NCBI RefSeq assembly: GCF_964194155.1
Contig: NC_135907.1
Span: forward strand, 3,038,001 to 3,102,000
DNA from: Cetorhinus maximus
Taxonomy: Eukaryota
DNA length: 64,000 bases
Direction of reading: 5' to 3'
Positions 27,602 through 40,491 of the stretch are shown here, piece by piece. The first letter of the stretch is position 1; every line of letters starts with the position of its first letter. The translations under genes and the position numbers were made by a program. Under the pieces are notes generated by a model that worked only from the letters and a program-made list of their open reading frames with translations, was not told where the DNA came from and searched no databases.

Positions 27602-28772
27602 GCCTATGCTGGTGTGCGTGGGAAGTTGTGGGTGAGCATCCTACAGAACGAATCCCCAATTTCATTGTGACTGCTCAAGAATCCAGACATTTTTCTGCAG
27701 GGAAGGTGGGGGGCGGGTGTAGGGTGGGGTTCGAGAGAATAGTGTGAGGGAGAGGGAAAATAAGAGAATAAAGGGAGAGTAACGAGTAAGAGAAAGGAAG
27801 AAAAAGTAAACACAAAGGAGACCAACTCTGGCACTTTTTTTGTTTGTTGCTTTAATTTGTAGATCAAGATATACCCACCATTGGGAGGCAGGGGCCTCAA
27901 GAAGAGAATGAGAGGGGAGGGGGGAGTGGTGCAAAGGGTCAGGGATGGCTATGAATGGAGTTTCAGAAAGGTGCCAAGAGTCACCTTGAAAAGACCTACT
28001 TAAGATACAATTTCTTTATGCAGAGGTGCCAAAGATGTGGAATGGTTTAAAGCAGGGAAGGCTGGGGGAGTGGAGGCCCTTATAAAGTTTAAGAGGGTGA
28101 TGGATTTATATCTGACAGACAGGGCTGCTGAAGAGTATGACAGGGAAGGCGGGGTGAGAGGTCTGTGATCTTCTGGACTGGTCCAATGGGTGTACAATCA
28201 TTTTCTATCCTGCGTAGTCCTTTATCCCTAAGGAGACGGGGACATATTGAGAAGGGTCGGGACGTTAGTATGAACAATGTCTTTAGATAGCCACCTTTCT
28301 TTTCCTGTACCATCTAATGTGGAACTGATCCCCTCAGGCTACATGAAGATGGCAATGGGGGGAGTGGTGCAGAATCTTAGTGACCTCATTATATCTCCAG
28401 CAAAATGTGACTAAAGTGCTCGTATTGGGAAACATTGCTGGAGCTTTGGTCATGGGTTCAGTTTGCTGTGGTTCATAGAGACTCTTTTTAAGTAGCCCCT
28501 GTAGACTGTTTGAGGTGGATTAACAGAGGGAAAATAGTGACAGACTGACAGATATTTTGACAAATACGTTTTATTGTTGTTAAACGCATCAAGATTGTTA
28601 GTTGAAGTGGGCCTGAAGGTCAGATCTCTATACTGTTGGTTATGATTGTCCGAACATTAGTTAGAATTTGGCTCGAGACAAAAACTAGGTATCAGGAGCT
28701 CATCCAGATCATCAACATTGCACTGGGCAGGGCTCAGCTTTTTAAACTTCCCACTGGTCCTGAGTTACTTAC

Positions 28773-28893
28773 CAGGTTCGATCGTCACCACCATCCCAGG
28801 CTGGAGGGCTATGGACCGTGAGATGTCCGGTGTGTCGTGGACGTCCATCCCCAGGTAATGTCCTACGTGGTGCGGGCAGTAATTCCCAACAGC
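28773..28893 (-). CDS. XPNPEP3: XPNPEP3 exon 9 ([41 protein letters not shown])
   Basis: ccttcag| acceptor, |gtaagt donor, 121 nt; M24 signature HxxGHxLGxxVHD. Confidence 0.97.
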
Positions 28894-28934
28894 CTGAAGG
28901 GGCATAGAACAGAACTCTGCTGGGTACATTGCAT

Positions 28935-29335
28935 AACTTTAGGCTTATATTCTCTGGCGTTTTAAAGAAGGAGAGGCAATCTCGTCGAAATGTACAAAAT
29001 TCTGAGGGGGTTTGATTGGGCAGACACAGAGAATGTTTCCGCTGGTCAGGGAATCTAAAACAGTCTCAGGATAAGGGGCCGATCATTTAGGACTGAGATG
29101 AGGAAAAATTACTTCACACTGTGAACCTTTGGAATTCTCTTCCCCAGAAGGTTGTGGATACTGTATCGTTGAATACATTTAAGGCTGGGATAGGCAGATT
29201 TTTGGTCTCTTAGGGAATTAAGAGATATGGGGAGTGGGCAGGAAAATAGAGTTGAAGCCCATGATCACATTGAGTGGTGAAGCAAGCTCGAAGGACATAT
29301 GGTCTACTCCTGCTCCTATCTCTTGTGTTCTTGCT
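28935..29335 (+). mobile_element. CR1 LINE 3' end
   Basis: Matches the 3' region of other CR1 copies; ends ctcctatctcttgtgttctt. Confidence 0.75.
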
Positions 29336-29806
29336 CAATGAAAATGGCAAAATCTCAATGTCCAAAATGTGTTTTTTTGTTTTTAGAAATATATATAAAA
29401 AGGTGATTCCCTTAGTGGCATAAGGACATTTACTTTTATTTATACAGTGCCTTGCACATCCTCAGAATGTTCCAAAGCACTTCAGAGATAATGAATTACT
29501 TTTAAACTGGCGTTATGAGGGGTTATAAATACAAGATAGTCCATAATAAATATACTAAATCCAATAAGAATTCAGGAAAAGTTTCATTATCCAGAGGGTG
29601 GTGAGAATGAGAAATCTGCTATCAGGGGGAGTAGTCAATGCACTGATGCATTTAAGGGGAAGCTAGATAAGTATATGAAGGAGAAAGGAATAGAAGGATA
29701 TGCTGATAGGGTGAGATGAGGAGGGGTGGGAGGAGGCTCATGTGGAGCATAAATATCCAAATTGGACCAACTGGACTGAATGACCCAAATCTGTGCTGTA
29801 AATCTG

Positions 29807-29887
29807 AACAGCGCCGTGGGTGTACCTACACCAAACAGCGCCGTGGGTGTACCTACACCAAACAGCGCCGTGGGTGTACCTACACCA
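29807..29887. repeat. Three tandem 27-bp units aacagcgccgtgggtgtacctacacca within a retroelement tail
   Basis: Exact triplication visible. Confidence 0.9.
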
Positions 29888-30519
29888 CATAGACTGCAGC
29901 AGTTCAAAAAAGCAGTTCACCACCACCTTCTCAATGGCAATTAGGGACGGGCAATAAAAATGTTGGCCTGGCCAGCAATGCCCACATCCCATGAAAGAAT
30001 AGAAAAACCTGCCCCATTTGTACACAGCAAGATTCCACATTGGCTAAAGAATAAATATGTCTACATGAACATGCAGACAGGACCTTGGGTGAATATCTTA
30101 TTTGATAGATGGCACTTTCGAAAGTGCAACTTTAAAAAAAAAAATTATTCATGGGATGTGGGCGTCGCTGGTTGGGCCAGCATTTATCGCCCATCCCTAA
30201 TTGCCCTTGTTCAGAGGGCATTTAAGGCCCAACCACATTGTTGTGGGGTCTGGAGTCACATACAGGTAAGGACGGCAGATTTCCTTCCCTAAAGGACATT
30301 AGTGAACCAGATGGGTTTTTACGACAATCGTCAATGGTTTCAAGGTCATCGTCAGACTTTTAATTCCAGGTTTTCAACATCTGCCGTGGTGGGATTTAAA
30401 CCTGGGTCCTCAGAGCATTACCCTGGGTCTCTGGCATCCTAGTCCAGTGACATTGGCACTCTGCCACCACCTCTCCTCTCTGTCAAGATTACATGCTCAA
30501 GTCCTGAAATGAAGGAATG

Positions 30520-30958
30520 GAAAGCAAAAGACTTGCAGAGCTTTTTACAACCACCGGACGTCTCAAAGTGTTTTACGGCCAATGAAGTATTTTTGAAGCA
30601 TAGTCATTGTCGTAATGTAGGAAATGCAGCAGCCAAGTTGCACTCAGCAAACTCCTACTAACAGCAAATGATAACGGCTAGATAATCTGTTTTTGTGATG
30701 TGGATTGATGGATTGACCAGGACAGCAGGGGTAATTCCCCTGATCTTCTTCGAAATATTGCCATGGGATCTTTAACATCCACCCGAGAGAGCAGATGGGA
30801 CCTTGGTTTAATGTCTCATCTGAAAGACAGCACCACTAACAGTGCAGCATTCCCTCAGTACTGCACTGGAGTATCAGCGCTGATTTTTGTGCTCAAGCCC
30901 AGGAATAAACCCTTGTGAATCAGAGGCGACAGTGCTACCAACTGAGCCACAGCTGACC
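30520..30958 (-). mobile_element. Near full-length tRNA-headed Deu-domain-type SINE (SacSINE1/AmnSINE1-like)
   Basis: Minus-strand head gtcagctgtggctcagttggtagcact (A box); central ttcagatgagacattaaaccaaggtcc..ggatgttaaagatcccatggca domain; family name from memory of Deu-SINE consensus. Confidence 0.7.
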
Positions 30959-31149
30959 CTCAAGGTGAGGTAAAGAACTGAGTAGAGGTCTCAGGTTGTA
31001 TCTCAGTCCTTGCTGAGATTTCTGAAAAAGTATCTGTTCGGGTTTCATGCGCCCAAACTGGATGCTGTGTTTACCTACAAAACATCGACTATGCTTCAAA
31101 AATAGTTTTTGATTTTTCTTTTCCCACCTATTTCCATTATTTTTAAACG

Positions 31150-31556
31150 TATTTCCATCCATTGTTTTATCTCTGCCTTTTAGCCTATTTCAATTCCTTC
31201 CCCCCACCCCACCAGAGCTATCTGTACCTTGCTCGTCCTGCTTTCTACCCTTAATTAGCACATTCCTTAGATATCACCACCTTCAACACCTCTTTGGCCT
31301 TTTGTCTGTGACATCTTTTGGTTATCTCCACCTATCACTGGCCCTCTATCCAGCTCTACCTGTCCCACCCCCCCTTTAAACCAGCTTATATTTCACCTCT
31401 CTTCTCTATTTACTAAGTTCTGTTGAAGAGTCATACGGACTCGTAATGTTAACTATGTTCCTCTCCGCAGATGCTGTCAGACCTGCTGAGTTTTTCCAGG
31501 TATTTTTTATTTTTGTTTTGGATTTCCAGCATCCGCAGTTTTTTTGCTTTTATCTT
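31150..31556 (+). mobile_element. Penelope-like terminal fragment with a degenerate hammerhead (31416-31454)
   Basis: Reverse-complement homologue of 59807-60160; AGTT CTGTTGA A GAGTC ATACG GACTC GTAAT GTT AACT. Confidence 0.7.
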
Positions 31557-32422
31557 CAAAAATTAATTCATTGGTTGTAAAACACATTAGCACATCTTAA
31601 GATGCAAGTTCTTTCTTTCCTCAGGATCCTACAGATTAGTGCCTTGTGGGTCTCATGCCACAGTTCCCCACACTCGGAGCTCTCAAACTCAGAGAGGTCA
31701 CTGATGGAATAGAGAAACTCAGAGGATACCTTAAGCTGGGCTGCTCACAGTTGGCGACGGACAGTCACAGAGAGGGTGAAATAAACAGGAGAAGGATCAT
31801 GCAGACATTAACTACAGCATGGACCAGTTTGGCCAAATGGCCTGTTCTGTAATTCTAATACATAAAAAGAAAACATATGAATGTCAAAGATCTGAAATAA
31901 AAAGACAAAATAGTGGAAATGTACAGAACGTTATCTGCAATGAAGTATCTCAGCCAAAACATCAATCTATTTTTAAAAAAAATTTTCAGGTGTTGACTGA
32001 CCGGCAACACTTTGTGTTTTTAATTACCAGGTACAAACTGGCAGTGACCACAGCCTGAGAGCAGGTCACCTGTCCTGTTTGCTGGAATGTCCTACTCTTT
32101 TCCCTAGGCAGATTAGCTGCAGTTCCCTCCTCCAGACCCCAATCCTGTGCTCGCTCTGATCATTGGGTGTGGACTGGATCCAATGATTGGCCACTTGGGT
32201 TGCAGTGTCCATGGAGATGCAGCCAACCCAAACCCCAACAAGGGGTCAGTCCCTTGTGATGAGGAGAACTGAATGGCAGAATCACAGGCATAGAACTGGT
32301 CTCCTATCATTTAGTGCTAACATGCAAACACCTTGCCTTCCAATTGTTTACTAATTCGACTGTAACTGACCACAGTGAACTTAACCTATAGGTTTATAAA
32401 TGTGTCAGGCCTTGTTGTTAAC

Positions 32423-32606
32423 CTTGTAGGCATTACGCTGGTTGGATTTCTCCTGCAGGACCCCCATGTCTTTCAGCTTCTGTCCGAGCGCGGTCAGCAT
32501 GAAAGCATAGATGTTTTCCAGACTGATCCCAGGAGTGCAGAGACATAGGCAGGACTTCTGAACATCGAGGACGGCCTGGTAGAGCTCAGACTGAGGCCCT
32601 GTGAAT
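32423..32606 (-). CDS. XPNPEP3: XPNPEP3 exon 8 (FTGPQSELYQAVLDVQKSC...NQRNAYK)
   Basis: gtatag| acceptor, |gttaac donor, 184 nt, in frame with both neighbours. Confidence 0.94.
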
Positions 32607-33742
32607 CTATACCAGAACAAATAAGTGTTAGTGTTTTCCAGCAGGACACCAGCAAGGTTTTACAAGCCACACAGCAGGCAGGTTCAAACTGTATACAATG
32701 TACTGCACAGAAACAGGGAGGAAGGAAGACAGGGAGAGATTGATAGGGCGAAATGAAGCAGGGTGGGAAGAGGCTCACCCAGAGTACAAACACTGACGTG
32801 GACCTGTTGGGTTGAACAGCCTTTTCTGTGCTGTAAATTCCACGTGAATTAAAAATAACTATGCTAATTAGCTGAAGTAAACAACCTTCCCACTCCTCCC
32901 CTGTAGGCACTGGTTAAGGCTGGGGTCTAGCCCCACAGACACCAGCAGCCACCTGTACCTCAGCATCATTCCTGTTTCCTCCCACACAGCAAACGTCTGC
33001 TATTCAACTGAATCGTGACAATAGTCTGATCCTATCCACACATACATTCCCTAGCTGGGGAAGTCACTGGTTAGGAAATGGGAATGGGAATCCTGGCTGG
33101 ATTTCCCTCTCCATTACCGAGTTTCACTGCCGGGTATGAGTGGCTCCATTGTTGTCTTGGCCGAGACCTCGTACTGAAGCTTCTCATCTGGACCCACTGA
33201 GTTTCAAACACGGGACTGTAGTTGCCAAATGATTCATTACACAGCTGGCAATTACCTTCTAATATGCATCATTAGACACCACAGGGCCAACTTTCCTGGG
33301 GTACACAGAAGCTGGTGTCACATTTCTGAGCCCTGGTTTCCTCTATGGTGCAGGCAAGCACTAAGGACTCATATTAGGTGCAGTAATGAGGGTTGAGATA
33401 TGCCTGACTTTCAGGCAGAAATCTCTTCTCTGGAGAAGCTCTCCAGAAATACCCGTCAGCTGAGGGCTCCTGAGAAATGATTTTTTTTGTTTGGTCACAA
33501 AACAATTGTTTAAGTGGCAGTGTAAAGGAACAAGATTTAGCGACTGCAATAAATGTAGCGCCAAAGAATTGTTTATATCAGGGCACGTGTTTTGATGCAG
33601 AGGCCCTTGAGCAGCTGCTGCAGGGGGTAGAGCAGAGAAGGGAGGCCCTGTTTCCCAGCCAGGAAGGAAGGCTGTGAAGGCAGGGTAAGACAAGGTTGAG
33701 GCCTTTAATAGCACACAACCAAGGATATGGAAGCAAGGCCAG

Positions 33743-34500
33743 AGGCAGAATTCTATGTCCCCCCACCAGCAGAATTGCAGGGGGGGGGACACACCATAAA
33801 ATTCCTTGAATGGCCTTCCCTTCAGGCTCCTGCCCACCCCAACCTCTCCAAGATTTTACGGAGCAATGGATGAGGTCTAGGCCAGCCCACCTGTCCTTGC
33901 TCCAATTGAGATCCTTGAGTGACCAATTAATGACTAAGGGCTGTTTCTCACCCAGCCTCACTTTTCAGATTGGCGGGGGGGGGGTTTAGGGGCAGGGGGA
34001 AGCCCAAAAAGTGACCCTGCTCAGGCCTTGGGCGGGAAGGGGGTGAGGGGACACCCCTCTGTCAACAGCCTCCATTTAACATAGGGGGGCGCCCCCCCGC
34101 AACCCCACCCCACCCAAAGATCTGGGCCCCTGTGGATGCTCCCTTCCCTCCGGCCTCTCCACCAACACCCCGCCTCTCTCTCTGTCCAACCCTTCCTGGG
34201 CCTCACCGAGAGCCCCACACTTACCTGGTTCTGGACTCTGGCACTGCTTGTAGTCCCAGTCCTATCCACTGCAGTTTCTGGCACTGCTGGGGCTAGAGAG
34301 CTGTTGGCCAATCCGATTGGCCAGCAACGCCCTGAGGCGACACTCCCTCACAGCTGAGGGGAGGAAGTGACATCGCCATCAATTAACATTTGATGGAGTG
34401 TTAAATGGTTGCAGAGCTGCCAGTATCAACGGAGATGTGTTCATTGTCAACTCTTCTGATGCCAGGAAGGGAAACCCCACCATCATAAAAATCCTGGCCC
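33743..34500. mobile_element. GC-rich non-autonomous element with imperfect inverted termini
   Basis: Starts aggcagaattct, ends aaaatcctggccc; internal inverted motifs; family unassigned. Confidence 0.4.
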
Positions 34501-35214
34501 AGAAGTTTAAGAACCTCAACAGGAGGAATAAAGTACATATGAACATACGAATTAGGAGCAGGCCCCTTGAGCCTGCTCCACCATTCAATAAGATAATGGC
34601 TGATCTGATTGTAACCTCCACTCCACACTCCTGCCTACCCTCGATAACCAGTAAATAACTGTGAACCATTATACAAAGTTTAAATGGATCGTCAGCCATG
34701 TTGTAACTCAGTTAACCTGGCATCATGTAAATAAAGTCTTGCATTCATATAGCATCTTTCACAACCTCAAGATGTCCCGAGGCACTTTACAGCCAATGAA
34801 ATGCTTTTTGAAGTGGATTCACTGCTGAGATATGGCAACCAATTCATTCATAGCAAAGTTCCACAAATGGCAATGGTCATGATCAGATAATCTGCTTTAG
34901 TGGTGTTGGTGGAGGGATTCATATTGCCCAGAACCAGGGGAAACTCCCCCTGCTCTTATTCTGAATGGTACCATGGGATCATTACCATTCACCCGCGATA
35001 GCAAGTGGGACAACAGTTTAATGTCTCATACTAAGGATGGCAACTCCGACCAAGTAGTACTGAAGCATCAGTCTGGATTTTGTGCTAGAGTCTCTGTAGT
35101 AGACATTAAGGATGGTATGTACGACAAAGTGACATTGAACAGAAGATATGCTACACCTACATTTCAGAACGTCAATCCACATTTGAGGAAATTACATGCC
35201 AATAATCTAGTGGT

Positions 35215-35770
35215 TCTTCCAGTGTGAGGAGGTGTCCTCACCTGAGTGTTGCAGACTGGCACATGCCAAAGTGCAGGACTATGTGCTGCGGGACACACTG
35301 AAGCTTGGGGCAGCTGCTGCCAACAGGGTGACCAGCTCTTGGGGAATAAATTAGGGTTCCTGGGCCGACGCATGCACAAAAATAAACTGGCTGACACATG
35401 AGGAAAAGAATAGTGGGCAACACATGCGTAGACACAAAGACTGGCCAACGCAGCTGAATTCCAGGACAAAACGCAACCCGGGAAGACATGACCCGAGACA
35501 CAGGATAAAAGGCTTAATTATAGGACGGTCCCAGAAAATGCTGGGGGGGCTTGGTCACTCTGACCACAAAGGCACAATGGGGAAAGCCTACTGTCTAAGG
35601 CCCTTCCTGCATAGTACAGCAAGGGGCTGGAACCCTTGTAAAAGCTCTCAGGCTGTATGTAGGAGGAAAATGTTGTAACGTTATGTAATGTAGGTGCAAC
35701 TACTGCATTAAATGATCAGTTTGTACCACTTCTATTGTATTGTATATATCTTCAAACATTTAATGAATGC
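35215..35770 (+). mobile_element. LINE (L1/Tx1-like) ORF2 C-terminus and 3' UTR fragment, split by a hAT MITE
   Basis: Reads ECCRLAHAKVQDYVLRDTLKLGAAAA / KAQWGKPTV* across the insertion; clade assignment is from memory. Confidence 0.5.
35324..35562. mobile_element. hAT-type MITE (239 bp)
   Basis: TIRs cagggtgacca / tggtcactctg; 8-bp flanks gctgccaa and accacaaa fit a decayed TSD gccgcaaa. Confidence 0.65.
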
Positions 35771-36278
35771 AGTACAAATCTGAAATAAAAAGAGAGTTCT
35801 GGTGAGAGGACAGGAGAGCTGCCGGGCCATTACCAACCCCGGATTTGTTGTTCCCTTTCCAGCCTTCTATCCCAGCTCCGGGCAATGACTCCTCAAGTGC
35901 CCCTTTTACTGTGGGTGACCCTGTCACTGCAAGTACCAGGTTACTCCTGTTTTTTGGCACTCTGTGATTCCACACTGATGTCACTTTCAATACCTTTCTG
36001 CACAGATGGGAGCAATGATGGAACCCGTAGCCGCCCATTCATCTGCCTGTATGCTTGTCTAACCTTATGTCTTCACAGGAACACCAGGGGAATCAGCTGT
36101 CAAATCCTCCACAGAAGCTGTCATCGGGCACCCATCACAACTCAAAGACTTGGTCTGCAGCAGTCCAGTTACACCCGCTCACCTACTTCCACCTCCATTT
36201 CATCCTCTGACTCTACATCGTCTCAGCTCACTTTCTGCTTAAACCCCCATGCATGACTCTAGCTTAGACTATTCCAAT

Positions 36279-37417
36279 CAGGGCAGACGGTGCAAACACT
36301 GAGGCCCGGGGTCTGGGGGTGGGGCGACCCCCCAAGCCCGGGCTCGGTGTTTCAAACCGTTTTTTTTTGTCGTCCACGCTGAGCAGCCAGAGCTGCAAAC
36401 CTGAAAGTCCGGCTGAAAAATACACAGATCTGTCAGGCTGAGGGTTCCAATATTTTTGAAGCCACTCTGTCAGTGTCGGGTCGGGTCAATTTCACTAGCT
36501 GCTGCTGCTGCTGCTTCCGACCTTCGGGCAGCTTTGCAATTCCAATTTTTTCTTTTTTTAAAAGCCTGCCAGGAAATCACGAAGCTGCTCAAAGGTGAGA
36601 AGCAGCAGCAGCAGCTGAGAGTGTTTCTGCCTGAAAAATGGTCAGTCACATCCCTGTAATCTTAACAAACAATTAGATGTAGGTGGTGGGAGGTGGTGGG
36701 GGGGGCGGGGGGGAAGACAAATCCTACATTTATACATCACCTTTCACAATGTCTGAAATCGCTTTACAGCCAATTAAGTACTGTATTTTTGAGTTGTGGT
36801 CACTGGTATAATGTAGGCAATTTGATCGAATGGCAGAGCAAGCTCAAGGGGCCAAATGGCTTACCCCTGCTCATAATACCTATGTTCGTAAGTCATTCTG
36901 GATGGTTGAGATGAGCTGGGCTCGATGGCCTTTGTCATCCACAATTATCCTGTGAACAGAGGGTGGAACCATGGCCGGAGTTCTGTTTAATTTGTTGCTA
37001 ATGAAAGTTTACTGAGAGCAGGCTTTGTGGGCAGAGATTGCCAGGGCAGGAATGCATAATGGGTTCATAGTGAATCAGTCACCTGTTTTACACTGCACAT
37101 GATTCTCAAGAGTCTTTTCTATTGACTTCAATCTTGTCCTTTTGTCTACTTATCTATTATCCCACTCTATCTTGGTGCTTTTTATGAGTTTTTTGAAGTA
37201 TTGAAATATTGTGATAAAGTTGTGTTGCATAACAGATATTGAAAATATATTGTAGTGAGAAGCAGCGATCAGCAGAGTCTTCAGATCACAAAATAGATAC
37301 AATTGTGAACCAGTCAGTCTTTGTTCTCTGGCCTCTTAAAAGTTAGTTGCACAGAGACACACGAGGGCCTGGGAGCAGGAGAAGCACCGGGGCCCATGAT
37401 TTCTGCTCCTGGCCCTG
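36279..37417. mobile_element. hAT-type non-autonomous DNA transposon (~1.1 kb) inserted in an L2-like LINE fragment (~36060-37900)
   Basis: Termini cagggc...gccctg; TSD attccaat (36271-36278) / atttccaat (37418-37426); host LINE text resumes on the far side. Confidence 0.65.
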
Positions 37418-38034
37418 ATTTCCAATGCTCGCTGGGGTGACCTCCCACCTTACACCCTCTGTAAACTTGAGCTCATCCAAAACTCTGCTGCCCTAATCCG
37501 AATGCAAGTTCTGTTCACCCATCATCCCTACATTGGCTGCCAATCCTGATGCACTGTGATTCTAAAATTCTCAAACCCCTCCATGGCCCTGCCCCTTCCT
37601 ATTTCTGTAATCTCCATCCGGCCCACAACCCTCCAACATTTTTGTGCTCCTTCGATTCTAGCCTCCTGCATCTGATTTTCATCACACCAAGACTGGCGAT
37701 CAGGTGTCCAGGCCCTAAGCTCTGCATTTCCCTTCTGAAACCTCTCTGCCTCTTTCCCCACCTTTAAGATGCTCCTTAAAACCTACCTCTTGTCCTAATA
37801 TCTCCTTATGTGGCTTGGTGTCAAATTTTGAAAGCTCTGAAACACTTTGGGACATTTTGCAATGTTCTAGGGGCTATACAGAAGCAAACTGATGTTCTGT
37901 AAAAATTATGAGGGAAGCACTGAAATGGAATCAGGGCTGGAACAGGAAAAACAAAAGAGGAGTAATAGGGCACTTGTAGTAACCGCAACACCCACAGCAA
38001 CGGGGATTTACATGGCCGGGGAGGGGAAGTACGC

Positions 38035-38279
38035 AGCAATGAGGAGATGTACAGCAATGAGGAGATGTACAGCAATGAGGAGATGTACAGCAATGAGGAG
38101 ACGTACAGCAATGAGGAGACGTACAGCAATGAGGAGACGTACAGCAATGAGGAGACGTACAGCAATGAGGAGACGTACAGCAATGAGGAGATGTACAGCA
38201 ATGAGGAGACGTACAGCAATGAGGAGACGTACAGCAATGTGGAGATGTACAGCAATGAGGAGACGTACAGCAATGAGGA
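38035..38279. repeat. 18-bp minisatellite agcaatgaggaga[c/t]gtac, ~13.5 copies
   Basis: Directly visible; produces repetitive ORFs in several frames. Confidence 0.95.
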
Positions 38280-38894
38280 AACACAGAGTGCCCGCAGTAA
38301 CAAAAAGTATTCGCAATCACCTGTCAGTTCTGTGTCACATCCCATAAAATGGTAATTACCTTCCCTTTGCCATATGCAGATCAGATGGGGAGACCGGGGT
38401 TTGCTCTCAAGTTGCTGCTGCTCTACAGGGTGTCTGTCAATAATTGGGTTTCCACAGTTGGCCCCAGTGTGTGGGGAAAGACCTCATTCCAGTAACATTC
38501 CTGGAACCTGGATGTGCACTGATGTTGGGTACGGTCAGGTTCAGGATTGGCCCATTTGCTTGAAGTGTCTGTTGCTGCTCAGTGTCCAGGGTAACTCGAG
38601 AAACTGCTAGCTGGCAGGTTAGTGGAGGATGGCTGGGGCTCACTGAAACATACCCTAACATGAGGGTATCCCTTTTAGAAGAGAGGGAAGAAAACAAGTG
38701 GGAGGTGACGGGCGTGCGGCCAGGTGGGGGTGGGGCTGTCAGATGTGCAGCTGGGGAGGGTGAGGGTGGCGGGTGTGCGGCTTGGGATGGTGGGGGTGGT
38801 GGCTGTACAGCTGGGTGGGGGTGGCGGGTGTGCGGCCGTGGAGGGTGGGGCCGGGGACATGGGGTGGGGGCTGAATCCAAACTCAGTGTCTCAC

Positions 38895-38980
38895 CTTCCA
38901 TTGACAGGCCAGACCCGAGTGACATCACTGGCATAGCCGGAATACTCACAGCCTCCATCCAATAAGACCATCTCCCCATC
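38895..38980 (-). CDS. XPNPEP3: XPNPEP3 exon 7 ([29 protein letters not shown])
   Basis: ttaccag| acceptor, |gtgaga donor, 86 nt; two metal-binding Asp residues. Confidence 0.97.
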
Positions 38981-39369
38981 CTGGTAAAAGAATGAAGTCA
39001 CTGAGTTAATACAGGAACAACAGGAGGCTAGTCAGCACCTCCAGCCCTTTTCGCTGTTCAACTATACTACGGCTGATCCATATCCTATCTACATTTACCC
39101 ACCTTGGTTCTATAACCCTAATACCCTTGCCTAACAAAAATCTTTCACTCACAGTTTTAAAATTGTCAATTGACCCACTGCCTCACGAGCTTTTTGGGGG
39201 AGAGATTTCCAGATTTCTGTGCCCCTCTGAATGAAGAAATGCTTCCTGACATCATTTCTGTATGGCCTGGTTCTAACTTTAAGATTAGGCCCCCTTAATG
39301 TAGACTCCTCCATCAGAGGAAATACTTCCTTTGTATCTCCTTTTTATCCGTATTTACAATTCCTCTCGA

Positions 39370-39660
39370 GGAAGTCCTGTGGTGCAGTGGGTAGCATTCC
39401 TGCCTCTGAGACAGAAGCTCTGGGTTCGAGTCCACCCCAGGGCTTGGTGGCCAATGAAGGTGTGTTCATAACGAATCGACCTGCAAATCCTTGCAACACA
39501 CGCCAATGGCAGACGGTTAAGAGCAGCGGAAATTCCAGGTCAGCCATGCGATAGAAAGAACATTGAAACCTCTACCATCACAATCCAAAGCTCCAGACTA
39601 CAACTTGCACGTAAAGTGCATGATGCTACAGCAACTCGGACTCCCTCAGTGAACTATAAC
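39370..39660 (+). mobile_element. tRNA-derived SINE (third family; its 3' end also appears at 1-33)
   Basis: A box tggtgcagtgg, B box ggttcgagtcc; tail acagcaactcggactccctcagtgaact matches positions 1-28. Confidence 0.7.
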
Positions 39661-40377
39661 ACACCGCCATAATTCCTTTAATCATGTTCGAATCTTCAAT
39701 CGATTAACCCTTAATCTTCTACACTGTACTCAAGGGAATACCAGTCTAGTTTATGCAACCTATTCGATTACCATAACAACAACTTTTATTTATATAGTAC
39801 CTTCGATGTAGAAACCCCAAGGGGTTTCACAGGAGCGTTATCAAACAAATTTTGACACTGAACTTCATGAGAAGATACTAGGACAGGTGACAAAAGTTTG
39901 ATCAAAGAGGTAGGTTTTAAGGAAAAGAGAAAAAAAGGAAAAAGAGTTGGGCTTGGGAGCAGCAGTCAAAATCTCTGTGCAAATGGACGCAGGGAAACTC
40001 AAGTTACATCAAAGGATAGAGTTGTGGAGTAAGGAAGGGAGCTGCCAGCCCAGGAGCCATCAAAACCTTTTCTTAAGGATATCACCAGAAATTCCTCAAT
40101 ATGTGACCACCTTCTTCCGCATGCACCTGTATATAACAAGGGATGACTCTGTTAACAGGATCTACGCCGGTTGGTTAAGTCAAAACTTCGCAGAGCCTTT
40201 CCTTGCTGAGAGCTTATTGACTTTGTTCAGTGTCAACACTCCTCACCCACACCCAGTGTCCCAGCTATCCCCTATTTATGTGTGTTCAAATACCCATCAC
40301 CTGTTTCCCTTAACAATGTAACTGACATTAACAAACCTTAATGTAATTGATAAGACATCGACAGGCAACAGTCTTAC

Positions 40378-40491
40378 CTTAATCATCTGGTTATTTTTCA
40401 CATAATGCAGAGTATTGGAGCGATTGCCTCCAGCTACTACTGGAGGGTAGGCCAGGAGGTCTGCCCCATGAGCTCGACACTCAAAGTCAAA
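40378..40491 (-). CDS. XPNPEP3: XPNPEP3 exon 6 ([38 protein letters not shown])
   Basis: ttgcag| acceptor, |gtaaga donor, 114 nt. Confidence 0.97.

Noticed and set aside
24741-27665. 974-aa Pro/Thr/His-rich ORF
   Set aside because: Translation of the C-rich strand of a 29-bp minisatellite that lacks stop codons; it cycles through frames and overlaps XPNPEP3 exon 10 out of frame
27660-28700. Possible decayed retroelement or coding remnant in XPNPEP3 intron 9
   Set aside because: No recognisable motif, termini or sustained ORF; cannot be supported without a database search
39371-39445. Possible tRNA gene
   Set aside because: A and B boxes are present but there is no acceptor stem or Pol III terminator, and it continues into a SINE body whose tail recurs at 1-33
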